Below, in pieces: positions 36,401 through 48,409 of a DNA stretch of 64,000 nucleotides. Position numbers and translations under genes: made by a program. The notes beneath the pieces are model-generated. The model was given only the letters and a program-made list of their open reading frames with translations, had not been told where the DNA came from and searched no databases. Source of the stretch: Curvularia clavata (Eukaryota). The stretch's first letter is position 1; every line of letters begins with the position of its first letter. Location of the stretch: NCBI GenBank assembly GCA_023920165.1, contig CP089280.1, positions 868,001 through 932,000 of the forward strand, given 5' to 3'.

Positions 36401-36420
36401 GGAACATTCCGGCTGCTTCC
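36401..36420. promoter_or_regulatory. Putative gapped heat-shock element upstream of polyubiquitin
   Basis: gGAAcaTTCcggctgcTTCc has in-phase nGAAn units about 220 bp upstream of the ATG. CCAAT at 36381 and a TATA-like CATATAAG (minus strand) at about 36311-36318. Confidence 0.5.
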
Positions 36421-37203
36421 ACCGCCTCGTCGCCGCGCAACCCTTCACGCAGTTTTCGCCGCCGTCTTGTATTATTCAGCATGGCAATTCACTTGCAGCA
36501 CTTTCGCTGCCCTTTCTGTTACCTCTTTCTCGTCACTTGGGAATGCTCGCTGGCCGCCGTGGCGGTGATTCACTACACCGCACACGTTCCCCGCTGGCCC
36601 CACCCTTATCGCCTGGAGCCTGGAACCCCGGCCCCCCCGGCCATGTGACGTAGACGCGCTTGGAAGCCAACCACGCCTCTGCGATGCCTCAACCCAACGC
36701 CTGTACCGACTCGGCATAACTGTCGTATACAGGCTGTGGCTGGCGCCTGGTTCGACTCATTCTGCGTTTTTCCGATTACTAGTATGCTGCCTGCCAGAGC
36801 TGTGTTGGGACGTCTCTTCGCCATGTCCAGCGCGCCAAGACCACTACCGTGTTGAATCCAATGCGCAGCCTCGGAGGCGAAGCTGCTTGCTGCCTCAAGT
36901 CCAGCACGCCATCGCTAGTACCTCATTGTCAGACAGCGTTTGCATCTCCTTGGGATTGCTGCGCGCGCCAAGTAACAAGGACGCAGCTGTGACGCAAGCC
37001 CGCCATGCCATCATGCCACAGCCGCATCGTGGGGTAAGCCTTTGTCCTGGTTCTACTGTACACCTACTGAAAACAGCTCCCGTCAACGGCATGATTACTG
37101 CTTCTACTCTCCACTCACCCTTAGTCATCTCGGAGCCCAGTAATCGAACCTGCTCATCGGCGCGCAAACGCATTAGTCGCTGACAGCGCACTCATCCTCC
37201 ATC

Positions 37204-37611
37204 ATGGCCACTCCTACGCTCACAAATCCTTCATTGACGGCTGCCGTGTGCTCGCTCGAACATCGGGCATGGGCTGCTCTCTGCAGCTCTGGTTCGGACC
37301 TTGTTCCCCTTCTCGCGACTAATCCCGTCATGATCTTTCCGGGCGACCTTATCTTGACCTCCGTGAGCTCGCCGACGGTCCGCGAGATGCTTCAGGGCGC
37401 CGAGTTCAAACCATGGAAGTCGTACAAGCTCAGTCATGACGAGGTGGTTCCATTGGGAAAGGACAGCGCGCTGATTTATTATCGTGTCGAAGCAACCAGA
37501 GAGGACCAGACGTTTAGGGCGATTTGCTCGAGTGCATGGGTGCTAGAGGGCCCTATGGATAGCCCATCAGGAGGATGGAAGATGGCAAGCCATCAACAGA
37601 CTCTGATCTAG
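37204..37611 (+). CDS. DUF4440/SnoaL-like (NTF2-fold) small protein
   Basis: LEHRAWAALC, SALIYYRVEATR, FRAICSSAW, WKMASHQQT pattern. Confidence 0.7.
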   Translation: MATPTLTNPSLTAAVCSLEHRAWAALCSSGSDLVPLLATNPVMIFPGDLILTSVSSPTVREMLQGAEFKPWKSYKLSHDEVVPLGKDSALIYYRVEATREDQTFRAICSSAWVLEGPMDSPSGGWKMASHQQTLI

Positions 37612-38156
37612 GTATTATATAACATGAGAGTGGTCTGAAGATAATGGTAATGGCAGGGTTATCGCAGCAATGCACCCATCGAACGCTACCCGGATAACAC
37701 TACTACTATAATTAACAATTTCCATGCGCTTCGCTCCCACTTCTCCAAGACCAGAGACGTTACCTTTGCATTTGCTTCAAACTGCCGCAACATGCCCAGC
37801 TGCTTGTGGTGCAGCCTTCCCCGAACCCACCCACCTTAACCCGATACATTCAGCAGACGGCGATGGCCATCTCCACATGGCGCGGGCGCAACCACTAGTG
37901 GCCGTTCAGTGACGTATGGATCTTCCGATGTTCCGTCGCTGAACAACCCCCCGAACCAGGGGGAACAAGAATCAACAAGACCAGCACCAGCCTTGCAGTC
38001 GCTTTCCGCCTTTCTATTCTCCTTTTGTTCTATTCATCCATGAATGTAGCTGTCCTTGGACAGCTTGGCCAATCGCTTCCATTTCAGTTAGCAGCTACCG
38101 TCTGGCGAACACATCTCTCATTCCGTCTTCACGCATCTGCACAACGACTGGGTATC

Positions 38157-39203
38157 ATGGCGGTCACGTACGCTGCAGCCATAAGCACGCCGAACGGGGG
38201 ACTGCGGCAACCGCAAATCCTAGCCCGCGCCTGCTCGGACCCTGACATGCGAGCCTCATTTGAGGTACCGGCGACAAAGACATACGGAGCCGAGCACAAT
38301 GGGCAGAAGCCGAAGCCGCAGCGTCCTGGAGCAGGTGTCCGCGCCAAGACGAGTTTTCGTGGGTGGGCAAGCAAGAAGGAGAGCAAGGGAAGTTTAAAAG
38401 CTTCGCAACAAACGAATGATTACCAGCCTTACATTGTCGAAGAGAGCCGGCCATCAGAACACTACCCTAGGGCAGAGCACAAGCCCAACTCTGGAAATGA
38501 GCAAGACAATGTCTATGTGCTCACGCTCAAGGTGACGGACGCGCTAGCCAAACCAATGGAAGAGATGCGGAATCGGTATTTTACCAAGCGCTTGAATCGT
38601 ACGGGTGCGCACTTGACGCTATTTCATGCACTGCCCGAGTCCAAGATGGAAATGCTAGACCAGGGGTTGGCACAGATAGTACGCAGCGTGCAGCCGTTCG
38701 CTGTATCATCTGGCAAGCCGTTCCGCATGCGCAAAGGCGTGGGCATTAATGTCGACGAAGGGTATCAGACGATGAAACATGTACATGCTGATCTGCAGTC
38801 GCAGTGGTCGTCCTTCTTGAGTGAGCAGGATGCTGGGGGGTTTCGGCCGCACTGGACAGTTATGAACAAGGTAGATGACGAGCAACAGGTCAATGAGGCT
38901 TTCGCCACCATTAGACAAGAGTTGTCCGAGCGCAATCAGGAGGGGCAGGCCGTAGGTTTGGATCTGTGGAGATACGACCGTGGAAATTGGATTTTTGCCA
39001 GGGAGTACTTGTTTGGCGAAGCCTCCAGAACTCCCACCAAGGCGAACTCACCTGGGTCACCGGGTAGCAAAGGCTCAGGCTGGTCACCTCGTCATGGCGA
39101 CCAGAGCCCCAGCGGAGGACCCCCAAGGAGACCTAGCATGTTCAAGCGGGGAAGCAGTGTTGGGGATGCCCTGCGGTCGATGAGCTTCCGGAGAAGAAGC
39201 TGA
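38157..39203 (+). CDS. 2H phosphoesterase (2'-5' RNA ligase/LigT-like) with disordered flanks
   Basis: Two HxT motifs, AHLTLFHAL and FRPHWTVMNKV, plus GLDLWRYDRGNW. Confidence 0.8.
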   Translation: MAVTYAAAISTPNGGLRQPQILARACSDPDMRASFEVPATKTYGAEHNGQKPKPQRPGAGVRAKTSFRGWASKKESKGSLKASQQTNDYQPYIVEESRPSEHYPRAEHKPNSGNEQDNVYVLTLKVTDALAKPMEEMRNRYFTKRLNRTGAHLTLFHALPESKMEMLDQGLAQIVRSVQPFAVSSGKPFRMRKGVGINVDEGYQTMKHVHADLQSQWSSFLSEQDAGGFRPHWTVMNKVDDEQQVNEAFATIRQELSERNQEGQAVGLDLWRYDRGNWIFAREYLFGEASRTPTKANSPGSPGSKGSGWSPRHGDQSPSGGPPRRPSMFKRGSSVGDALRSMSFRRRS

Positions 39204-40543
39204 ACCACGTGCCGCATTTGTGATGTATTGAAGTATCGTACATTCTGGTCAGGTGCATACGTACTGTTAGTTTTTGTACATGACCATGTATCCATCTATG
39301 TATATACTCTCTTAGTTGCATGTCGATTGCTTAGTCGACCATCGAAACTCGTGTGGGCCTGGTGATGTGCGGACCCTTTAATTGGCATGGCTAGGGTCTG
39401 CAGCTCGGCACCTGCACCTTGTGGATGCGGAGCGCACCGTTGGGGATATCGGGGCTCCCACGTCCATGGTTCGCAATGGCCAAGGTGGAGGCCGGCTCAT
39501 GATCCAAGGGTCGTTCAGAGGCGTCTGCATAGGATTTGCTGGGGCAATGCCATATGCTGTGTTTGCAGCTGCGTCAGCATATGTGGAGGCACAATGGGGT
39601 GCTCGTCTCGCCACAGATACCACGCCAGATGTCAGACGCGCGTCGCATAAAGCTTGCCTCCTTTTTGAGCCGCATCGTGAGATTTCGGGAAGGGGGAACG
39701 ATGCTGACAAGAAGGGCCGTGAATATGCGCCAGGTTCAAAACGCTACCATGACCTCGTACACAGTGATCATGCGCTCCGTCAGCCACAACGACAAGGCGA
39801 CGGATGGATGTCACCAAGTCAGGGGTGGGCTCGGATTGGTTCCCCCGTCGCCACAGTCAAGCCACAACCCGCCGGAACCAGGGACGCGGATCCTCTGCGA
39901 CGGCGTGGGGACCGGGTGTGATCAAAAGATTCTGTTTCTCCAACGCCTCTAATTTGGCGGCATAAAGGCACGTGGAATGCGTCCAGGGGACAGACGGCTT
40001 GGAAGGACGGGATAGCATGACTGCAGTTGCTCGAGTTGGCGGGCGCTGGTACCTGCTCATCAGCCTCGTGCTACAAATGGCAGCAATTGGTGGTGGTATA
40101 CGACGTTACCCGCAGGGCACTGTGACCCTGCGCTGCAATTAGAAGCGGATAGGCTGAGTGATCCGGGACCGTCGCGTCTGGCCCCGTTTGCTGCAGGGGC
40201 TGAGGCCGTTAGGGGGACAATTGACGAGCGTAGCGGCCGACGGGCTGCACATGCGGTGGGTGAAAGAAAGGGGAAGTTGGACGCTAGAAGCTCGGAAGAG
40301 ACAGGGAGGCAGCTTAGCTCCGCTAATTGTGGCCGTGGAGCCAGACCATATAACATCCAGCTGGCCTCATCACACCCCCGAGCTCTTTGGCCTTTGACCT
40401 GTGCATCCGCTTTTGCTCTTCTCTTCTTCATACCTGCCTCTCGCTTCTTTCTTGTGTGTGAAAGACTCAATTGCTAGTCTTCGCCCTGTCTGCAACAACC
40501 TCTTGATCACCTCCTCCACGCCAACCAACACCACACCGCCAGT

Positions 40544-41889
40544 ATGAAAGGTACGCGCTCTCAATTGCGCTGCAATCACGCTCTGCTAACAGCTCAATGC
40601 AGCCATCATTCTCGTCGGAGGGTTTGGAACCCGTCTGAGGCCTCTGGTATGTCTTTCCACCCCTCCCGCCCTCGCGCGACGAGCCCCGCGCTGCCAAAAG
40701 CAATTCACAACAGTGCTAACCGCGACTGCAGACCCTCACCTACCCCAAGCCACTCGTCGAGTTCGCCAACAAGCCCATGATCCAGCACCAGATTGAAGCT
40801 CTTGCTGCTGCTGGTGTCACCGATGTTGTCCTCGCTGTCAACTACCGCCCGGAGATCATGGCCGAGGCCCTCAAGACCGTAAGCAGCTCGCGTACGATGA
40901 CAATGCAAAAAACAGTCAAAATAACCTGTCCCCCAGTATGAGAAGCAATACAATGTCAGCATCACATTCTCCGTCGAGACCGAGCCCCTCGGCACCGCCG
41001 GTCCCCTCAAGCTCGCTGAGAATGTCCTCGGCAAGGACGACTCCCCCTTCTTCGTCCTCAACGCCGACGTTACCTGCGACTACCCCTTCAAGCAGCTCGC
41101 TGAATTTCACAAGAACCACGGTGACGAGGGTACCATTGTCGTGACCAAGGTCGACGAGCCCTCCAAGTACGGTGTCGTTGTCCACAAGCCCGGCCACGCC
41201 TCCAAGATTGACCGTTTCGTTGAGAAGCCCGTCGAGTTCGTCGGCAACCGCATTAACGCCGGTATCTACATCCTCAACACCAGTGTGCTCAAGCGCATTG
41301 AGCTCCGCCCTACATCGATCGAGCAGGAGACTTTCCCTGCCATTGTCAAGGATGGTCTGCTCCACTCATTCGACCTTGAGGGCTTCTGGATGGACGTTGG
41401 ACAGCCCAAGGACTTCTTGTCCGGTACCTGCCTCTACCTCTCGTCGCTCGCGCGCAAGAACTCCAAGCTGCTCACACCAGCAACCGAGCCTTATGTCTGC
41501 GGCGGCAACGTCTTGATCGACCCATCAGCCAAGATTGGCAAGAACTGCCGCATTGGCCCCAACGTCACCATTGGACCCGATGTTGTCATCGGCGACGGTG
41601 TGCGTCTGCAACGATGTGTTCTTCTCAGGAACAGCCGCGTCAAGGACCACGCCTGGGTCAAGTCCACCATTGTCGGCTGGAACAGCACCGTCGGCAAGTG
41701 GGCTCGTCTGGAGAACGTCACTGTGCTTGGTGACGACGTCTCCATTGGCGACGAGGTCTACGTCAACGGCGGTTCCGTCCTGCCCCACAAGTCGATTAAG
41801 CAGAACGTCGACAGTAAGTTTTCCGTCACTCTTCATGTATCCTAAGTACATCAACTAACGTTTCTCCAGCCCCTTCGATCATCATGTAA
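40544..41889 (+). CDS. MPG1: Mannose-1-phosphate guanylyltransferase, catalytic type (GMPPB/Psa1/Mpg1); exons 40544-40550, 40603-40646, 40732-40878, 40937-41813, 41870-41889
   Basis: [62 protein letters not shown] and hexapeptide repeats. Four canonical introns and strongly C-ending codons. Confidence 0.96.
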
Positions 41890-42354
41890 ACAAGATACCC
41901 GATCGGACAACCGCCGACAAAACTCTCTACACTTTTTAATAACTGTGTACCTTTCTTTGTATATTGTGCATAACCACACACACGCCGGGAGCATATTATA
42001 GACTTGTGCACTAGGTGACTATTTTTGTCTCATCACCATGGAGCATGTCTATCTTCCTACTTTATTTGTTTGCAGCATAGGATAGGGGTTTTTATGAAAG
42101 ATGACTCGAATAAAAAAGAAAAGGCGCCAAAGAAAGGATGATAAACGCCTTTTCGCTACTTTGATTATGCTCCGATATCCTGGTTTTATGGGTCTGATTT
42201 GGGTCAAGTGAATGAGAAAGAGAGGAAAAGAAGAAGCAATGAAAGAAAGATATATCTATTTAGTGTCTAGTTAAGATGTGGAATGCGAAACTCTGCTCAA
42301 AATGAAGAATGCTTTCCTGCTGCCTTTTTTGTTACTGGTGTTATGAAATGCCAG

Positions 42355-43254
42355 TCAGCCAATACGAGAGTAATTTTTTCTCCCCTGCTGGTGTTTCTGT
42401 CCCTCCTCTTGCTTGACTGACTCCTTGTCTTCCTCGCCCTTCTTCTTCTTCTCCCCACCACTAACCCGCTCATGCCTCCCACAATCCCACGTCTCGCCCA
42501 AAACCACCATCTTCTGAAACCTACACTGCGTCTTTGTTTTCTTTGAGATGCCACTGCATTGGATGCGTTGCATGTTTTCTTTCTTCTTGGGGACTCGCTT
42601 TCTCTTCTTCTTGGGACTGTCATCATCTGTTCTTGGTGAAGAGGACGTGATCGGCAATTTGGAAGAGGAACATGGCGCCTTTTTCTTCTTAGATGGACGC
42701 ACTGGCTCCGGACTGGGAGTCCGCAGGTTGGGTGTCGCGGGTGGGGAGGACAGTGTCGAGGAGAGTGTTGAAGAGAGAGATGGGGACGGAGATGGGGGTA
42801 CAGGTGAAGAGGAAGGTGGAGGGGAGAGAGGAGAGTTTGATGGCGAAGAGAATTCAGGCTCTATCATTTGGGGTAATGGGGAAGGCAGAGGTGGTGATAA
42901 AGATGATGCAGATGATGCGGACACCGAATCGTGTCTTGAGATCGTGTCTGATGGGAATGCGGGGAGTGATGCCGTGTCGCCTCCAATCTTGTCTTCATAT
43001 GGTGGTCCATGTTTGATTTCTGTAGACATGTGTATAGCGTATTCGGGAAGGATCCTGAACCGTTCGACTCCATCTTCCTCGATGCACTCGACGATCTCGC
43101 TGAAGACAGCTACAACGGCGTCCTCGTGATCCCGACCAAAGGGGTGGAGTTTATCGGCAATGTCTTCGAGACACAACGGCTCTGCGCTGAGAATCTCGGC
43201 GAAGCGGTGTTGGGTTTCGAGAGTCGTGGGTGCTTGAGTTAGAGAGGGTGGCAT
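42355..43254 (-). CDS. Hypothetical protein with a small N-terminal helical domain, S/P-rich linker, basic patches and a CCCH-type motif
   Basis: 299-aa ATG ORF containing QCSGISKKTKTQCRFQKMVVLGETWDCGRH and NLS-like PKKKRKR. Confidence 0.6.
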   Translation of the reverse strand: MPPSLTQAPTTLETQHRFAEILSAEPLCLEDIADKLHPFGRDHEDAVVAVFSEIVECIEEDGVERFRILPEYAIHMSTEIKHGPPYEDKIGGDTASLPAFPSDTISRHDSVSASSASSLSPPLPSPLPQMIEPEFSSPSNSPLSPPPSSSPVPPSPSPSLSSTLSSTLSSPPATPNLRTPSPEPVRPSKKKKAPCSSSKLPITSSSPRTDDDSPKKKRKRVPKKKENMQRIQCSGISKKTKTQCRFQKMVVLGETWDCGRHERVSGGEKKKKGEEDKESVKQEEGQKHQQGRKNYSRIG

Positions 43255-44202
43255 GATAGGTTATTTTGGGCGGGTATTGGTGGGCGGTGAGTTAGATGGG
43301 AAGTGACTGGCAATGTGCTAAGAAGGCATAAGGGACACAGTTAAGGGAAGAAATAACAAAGACGACATTTCAGACAAGGGAATTTGTCAACAATGGCCAT
43401 TGTAGATGGAGTTAAGCCTTTTAGCGACCCCATCCGTCTGCCCGAATCACTCGTCACTAGCAGCCTTTCTCTTCTCACACATTCCAAAGATCGGTAAGCG
43501 AAGCATCTTCGATGACGTTTTCTATCTTCTGGTGATCATTAATAGAGATGAGCCGCGAAACAAGTGTTCAGCATGCTTGAAGGTGCGACGCCTGCATCAG
43601 ATATCAGTCACTGTCAAACAAAGCCACTGGATCGAACAAAGAGACTGAACAAAATACTTGCACGTTATCCCCCTTATATTAAGGCAATATCCATATCATT
43701 ATTCTGCTATGAGAGTATGGATAAAACAGTAGGTTTGCCAGAACAAGATTCAAGTCGTTACCTTTACTTTACGATTGAGCAACGCGAAATAACATGTATA
43801 TTTACATTGCATACGTGTTGAAGTGCAGCAGCAAGCCAAACAAGCACAGAATTAACGTGAAATTCGAGTTTATAAACGTGAGAATAGTAATGTGGAATTG
43901 TGTTGGAACATTTACAAGGTGCGCTATTGAAGCTTCTAAGGAGACAAAGTATAGTGAGACACGTGATCGAGACTGCCTTATCTAGCAAGGCTTTGATAAT
44001 TCTACCTGCTCGTCACGTGAGTTAGACTTGAGTATTCCGAATCACCCAATAATTTGTCAGCGTAAAATTTTGTTGTTTGCAGCAGAAGTGCTACTTGGTT
44101 TTGTAGCCCAGCCAGCTACGACATAGAAGGATTGTCATTCATCATCGTCATATACATGTTTGCCTGCAAGCATGCCAGCCTCGAGCTGCCGTCACATCCA
44201 CT

Positions 44203-45060
44203 CTACTGCATGTCCGAGTAGATAACCAATGGCTTCTCAATAAACTTGGGCACCAAATGCGTCTTGATCTTGCCATGAGCCTCGTCATCCTGGTCAAAGT
44301 AGTTCATGTCTTCGAGAGAGTCAAAGACGCAGCGGGCCATGAGGTTGTAGCCTTTGCTGCGGTGGTCGTCGTAGGGTGCGTTGGCCTGGGAAAGTTGGAT
44401 GTATTTCTTGCCGTCCTACAGAAATGACGTTAGCCTGCATATCCAAGTACCTAAGTAGTACAAAAACAGCCGCCTCGGTAATCCGCAGAGCACAAGAAGT
44501 GCAAGCGAGTAGGGTATATTTGGAACCCTACTCGACTACAAATGGCGAGTATGGGCGGCCCGTATGCATCGCGATCACAGGGAACTTCCGCATTCTGCAG
44601 CCGCTTGTCGCCGTCACCTCCCCGATTGCTCCTAGTTGTTGTAGCACTGTGCTTTAAGCGCACCAAGGTAGCGTAGCCGCCAGGATCATGGGTTACGCTA
44701 CCGAGAAACAGGCAATAGCGGCACGATTTGCCCGCAATGAGGAGATGCAAACGAAAAAGGCGCAACAAATGTCCCGAGGGCGATAAGATTCTGGCCTTGT
44801 CGGAGAGGACTAAATGGGCCTGACGTGCAGGCGCGGTCCGATTATGTAACGACCATGGACTGATGTCGAGAAAGTCACGTATGTCGGCCTTCCTGGAAGG
44901 GCAAGGCGCGCCGTGGAAGAGGGCGGAATTGCGAGTCAAGAAGCATGTTTCAACGTACCTTTGTTGCATCTTGGGCAAGAGTGCTGTACATGTTGATGGC
45001 TTCCTGGACAGTGTCCGGGTTGTCGATCTTGAACAATGTGAGGCGGACAATCTTGGTCAT
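44203..45060 (-). CDS. Stress-responsive A/B barrel (Dabb) protein, 104 aa; exons 45060-44959 and 44415-44203 (not in the ORF track)
   Basis: MTKIVRLTLFKIDNPDTVQEAINMYSTLAQDATK joins DGKKYIQLSQANAPYDDHRSKGYNLMARCVFDSLEDMNYFDQDDEAHGKIK...* via donor GTACGT, branch GCTAAC and acceptor TAG, phase 0. Confidence 0.85.
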
Positions 45061-48000
45061 GTTGGCGGCTAGTTGTGTGATTCGGCAGTTGAAGTGTAAG
45101 TAGTGCGTTGTATAGTTCTTAGTGGCAAAGGGTGAAACGCGTGTATATGTTGTTGTGTAGATGTGATTCTGGTCTTCATGTCATCAGAGTCACCAGAGTT
45201 TATAATAAGTGTGTGGTATCGGAGCATCAGCTTCGGCATAGGTGGAGAGCCATGTGAAACCCAACATAGTAGGTTTCGGCCCCTATGCTCTGCACACATA
45301 CAGATACACACAGCCATACACAAAAAGCACGCTGCTGCTCAAACGGCAAAAGGGTCAGCTCTATACTCTGACATTGTTGCTTTTCACAGCCATGGCGTGG
45401 TTGCGGAACGGCGTCCCACGTGTTTCGGTCCGGGACAACGGCCAATATGTAGACACGATAGTGACATGCACATATAGGTCGCGACTAGGTTTCTCCATGT
45501 CCCTCGGACATTAAACAGCCCTCGGACTTGGTACGAGATTTGTGAAAGATGCGGTCCTGGTGGATGGCGGGGAGTGGACAGCAGGGGTGCTTTCTGCCGC
45601 TGCGAAGAGAGACGGCAGTGCTGGTGGTTATCCGATGCCGGTGTCGTACGAACATACGTATGTGCATGCAGCGGCAGGGTCAAGGACGAAGAAGAGTGGC
45701 CCGGGGCTGTCGTCGCTTCGCCCTCGTATTGCGAGATGTAGCGACGGAGAAGAGCATCCTCGATGCGGTCACGGGATTGGAGGGTCTCGGAGCACCCCCA
45801 CTCGACCAGCATCGGTAGTCGCAGGCCAGCCCGGCCCCCCTCCTCTCTAGTACTCTATACTGCCCTGCACCGCTCCCGGCGCCTGCAGCTCCTCGTCCAT
45901 CCAGTACCACTGCCACCGCCCGTTGTCATTGTCCTTCATCGTCACGTTGCCCCGCGCGAGGCTGAAGAGGAGGGCGAGGCAGCGCCTGGTTGGACGAGGG
46001 CGAGAACATGTGGGTCTGCCACAGGCCGCCTATTAATGGAATCAGGCCGATTCGAAGACGACCGACGACCTAGCATCACCATGTAATGCTCGACGACACA
46101 GGCTTTGACGGCAAGCACCGTCCTCTGCTTATCTGGCCTTCGTACCGTCCCTTTCTGCCAGTGCGTCCTCGAGACATCAATGCGCAGAAAGAGGGGCGCA
46201 TGGTTATGCCGGACAACAATGGCCTCCTTCACCGCCTATTTTGCAGCTTAGAGGGGGGCGGGTGGCCGTGCTTGCGGGTGCACGCTCGCGTCATCCACAG
46301 ATCTCCCGCGCGCGAAGACAGGCTGTTGAGATTGCCATTCTTCCCTCCGCATTGGGGGTTCAAGACAGGCTGACTGGCCCTCAAGCCTCGCGCCTGCCTC
46401 AATGTTGGCAAGACGGCTACACCCTTTGTTCTTTGGCGGGCAGTGCACATTCCTCGCGCTTCGCTGCCGCCATGTATGTCTTCACAAGCGCCATCGCCCC
46501 GCACCTTGTATCGACCACCATCTTGGATCGGCGCCAGGCAAAAGCGGCCGTTGCTGGGACCTGGGACCTAGCATGCGCCGTGGCCTGTCGTGAACCGCGG
46601 CGACCTATGGAATCACCGGGATTGTGCGTCCGCTCCACGACGACATGCTCTGTGCTTGCTCAACCTTTGTCCTGCCAAAATTTCGAGTACACGCTGCAGC
46701 CGCCAGACGCACGATCCCCTTGTGTGTCCCATTCAGAGACCACCAGAGAGAGGAAGAGAAAAAAAAATCTTTCCCCGTCTGCTCCTCGGCGACATGCTAT
46801 CTCTGCCCGGTTCGCTCAACATGAGAAGAGAAATGTGGAGCCATGTTGATACTGAACCGTCAGCTTCCGCCAACGCCTCCAGGGTCTGTGAAGTTATGAA
46901 ATGTCTGACAATGGTCAGAGATGGCTGCGCAGGAACGCATGGTCCCTACTAGCTGTTCTCTTCTTGTCAATCCTCCACTCTTACCATTTGTAAAAGGATG
47001 CTCCTACTCGAGCGCGAGGCCCCAACACACCCCGGCACACAATCTCCACAGGCTGCCAATTTATGCCTGCATGGACACGGTTCACAGCTAACAGCCGTTG
47101 ACCTTTGCCCCATTAAGCTGCAGGCGCATTTGGAAGCGGCCGTGATCTGGGGGCCGTGCTTGCTGCATGTATGCGTTGGCAGTGACGCTTGATGCTTTCT
47201 GGTAGCACCAACCCCAGGTATCTCGACATCCCTCGAACGCATCAATCAGGTCCCCTCATTTGTCCGCTTGGCCCTGTCCACGCAGCCCCCGTGCTATGCC
47301 TGATGCGATGGCCTCTTCTCGCTTCGAGCCCTGATGCTTTGCATCTTCGCGCCCTCGCACTGCCGTGTACAGCTCTACTCCGCTCGCGACTCCAGCGCTT
47401 GAGAGCCCCAACCGACTAGCAGGCCCATTTTTATTTTTTACCTACCTGCATTGTTTTCGGTCTGGTCTGTTTGAACCCCTCTAGACCCTGCTCCTCCAAA
47501 CCCCTACATGGAAACTCCATGCACTCTGTCGCCAAGGTTCCCTGGTTTCGGTACACTTGTCAAAAGGTTGCAGAGTCTGACGTATTTGCCTTCTCCCCTC
47601 CTTCACGTAGCATATTGCATTAGTGGGGCCCTTTGCGCCCGAGATATGCGAGAAAAGAGTGCTTCTAAGGGTTGCATGGCTGCCACTCCGTTGTTTATGC
47701 ATATTTTCTTAGCCTTCTCAACCTGCATGACGCCGATCGAAACAATGTCCAACCTGGACGAACGGGTTACAGAAAGTGGCTCCGATCGACAGCCGTTTTT
47801 TTCAAAGCGCTACTGGGGGGCCAGCACGGTGGCAAGAGCGAACCGGTGAGGCTGTACCTTTTGAGGTTTGACTCTCTTACTAGCCAGAATTCTGGAACCT
47901 CTGTCGTTGGCTCCCTTCTCGCCAGCACACACTATGGGTCTTGCTCTTACAGAGCCGCAACTGGACCCGCAGCTTATTCATTTGCGCAAGCCCTCTTGCC

Positions 48001-48409
48001 TCTCGGTTGCTACTGGTGGGCGAGACGCGCTTGGGTACGTGCTACACTCGTCTGCTGCATTATATTGTTCCATCCCACAGTAGGGCACATATGCTTCCCC
48101 CACCCCCGTTCGATTGACCGCAAGGCCGCTCCCTCTTCCTTGCCCCTCATACATCGGCATCTTCTCCCTTTGTCGAACAGCTGTCATTCCTCTATTGGCA
48201 CTTGTCAACCACACCCTTAAGCTTTGTCTGCTGTCGTACAACCACTGCCACGACTTACCACTTCTCGGCTTGCTATCGTCGCCACCACAAACGCTTCCCA
48301 ATACAGAAACACTGCACAATTGCAGCCCTACTTTCGGACGGACAGGTTGCCATCGAATCGCCATTTGCCCCTCCCCAGTCACTCCATAACACGTTGACAA
48401 CCATCCAAT

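Noticed and set aside
39382..39952. Overlapping 138-179 aa ORFs upstream of MPG1
   Set aside because: No motif or codon-bias support; probably intergenic.
44451..45050. 199-aa minus-strand ORF across the Dabb locus
   Set aside because: Non-ATG start, out of frame with the real first exon, and it runs through the intron. The spliced Dabb model explains the region better.
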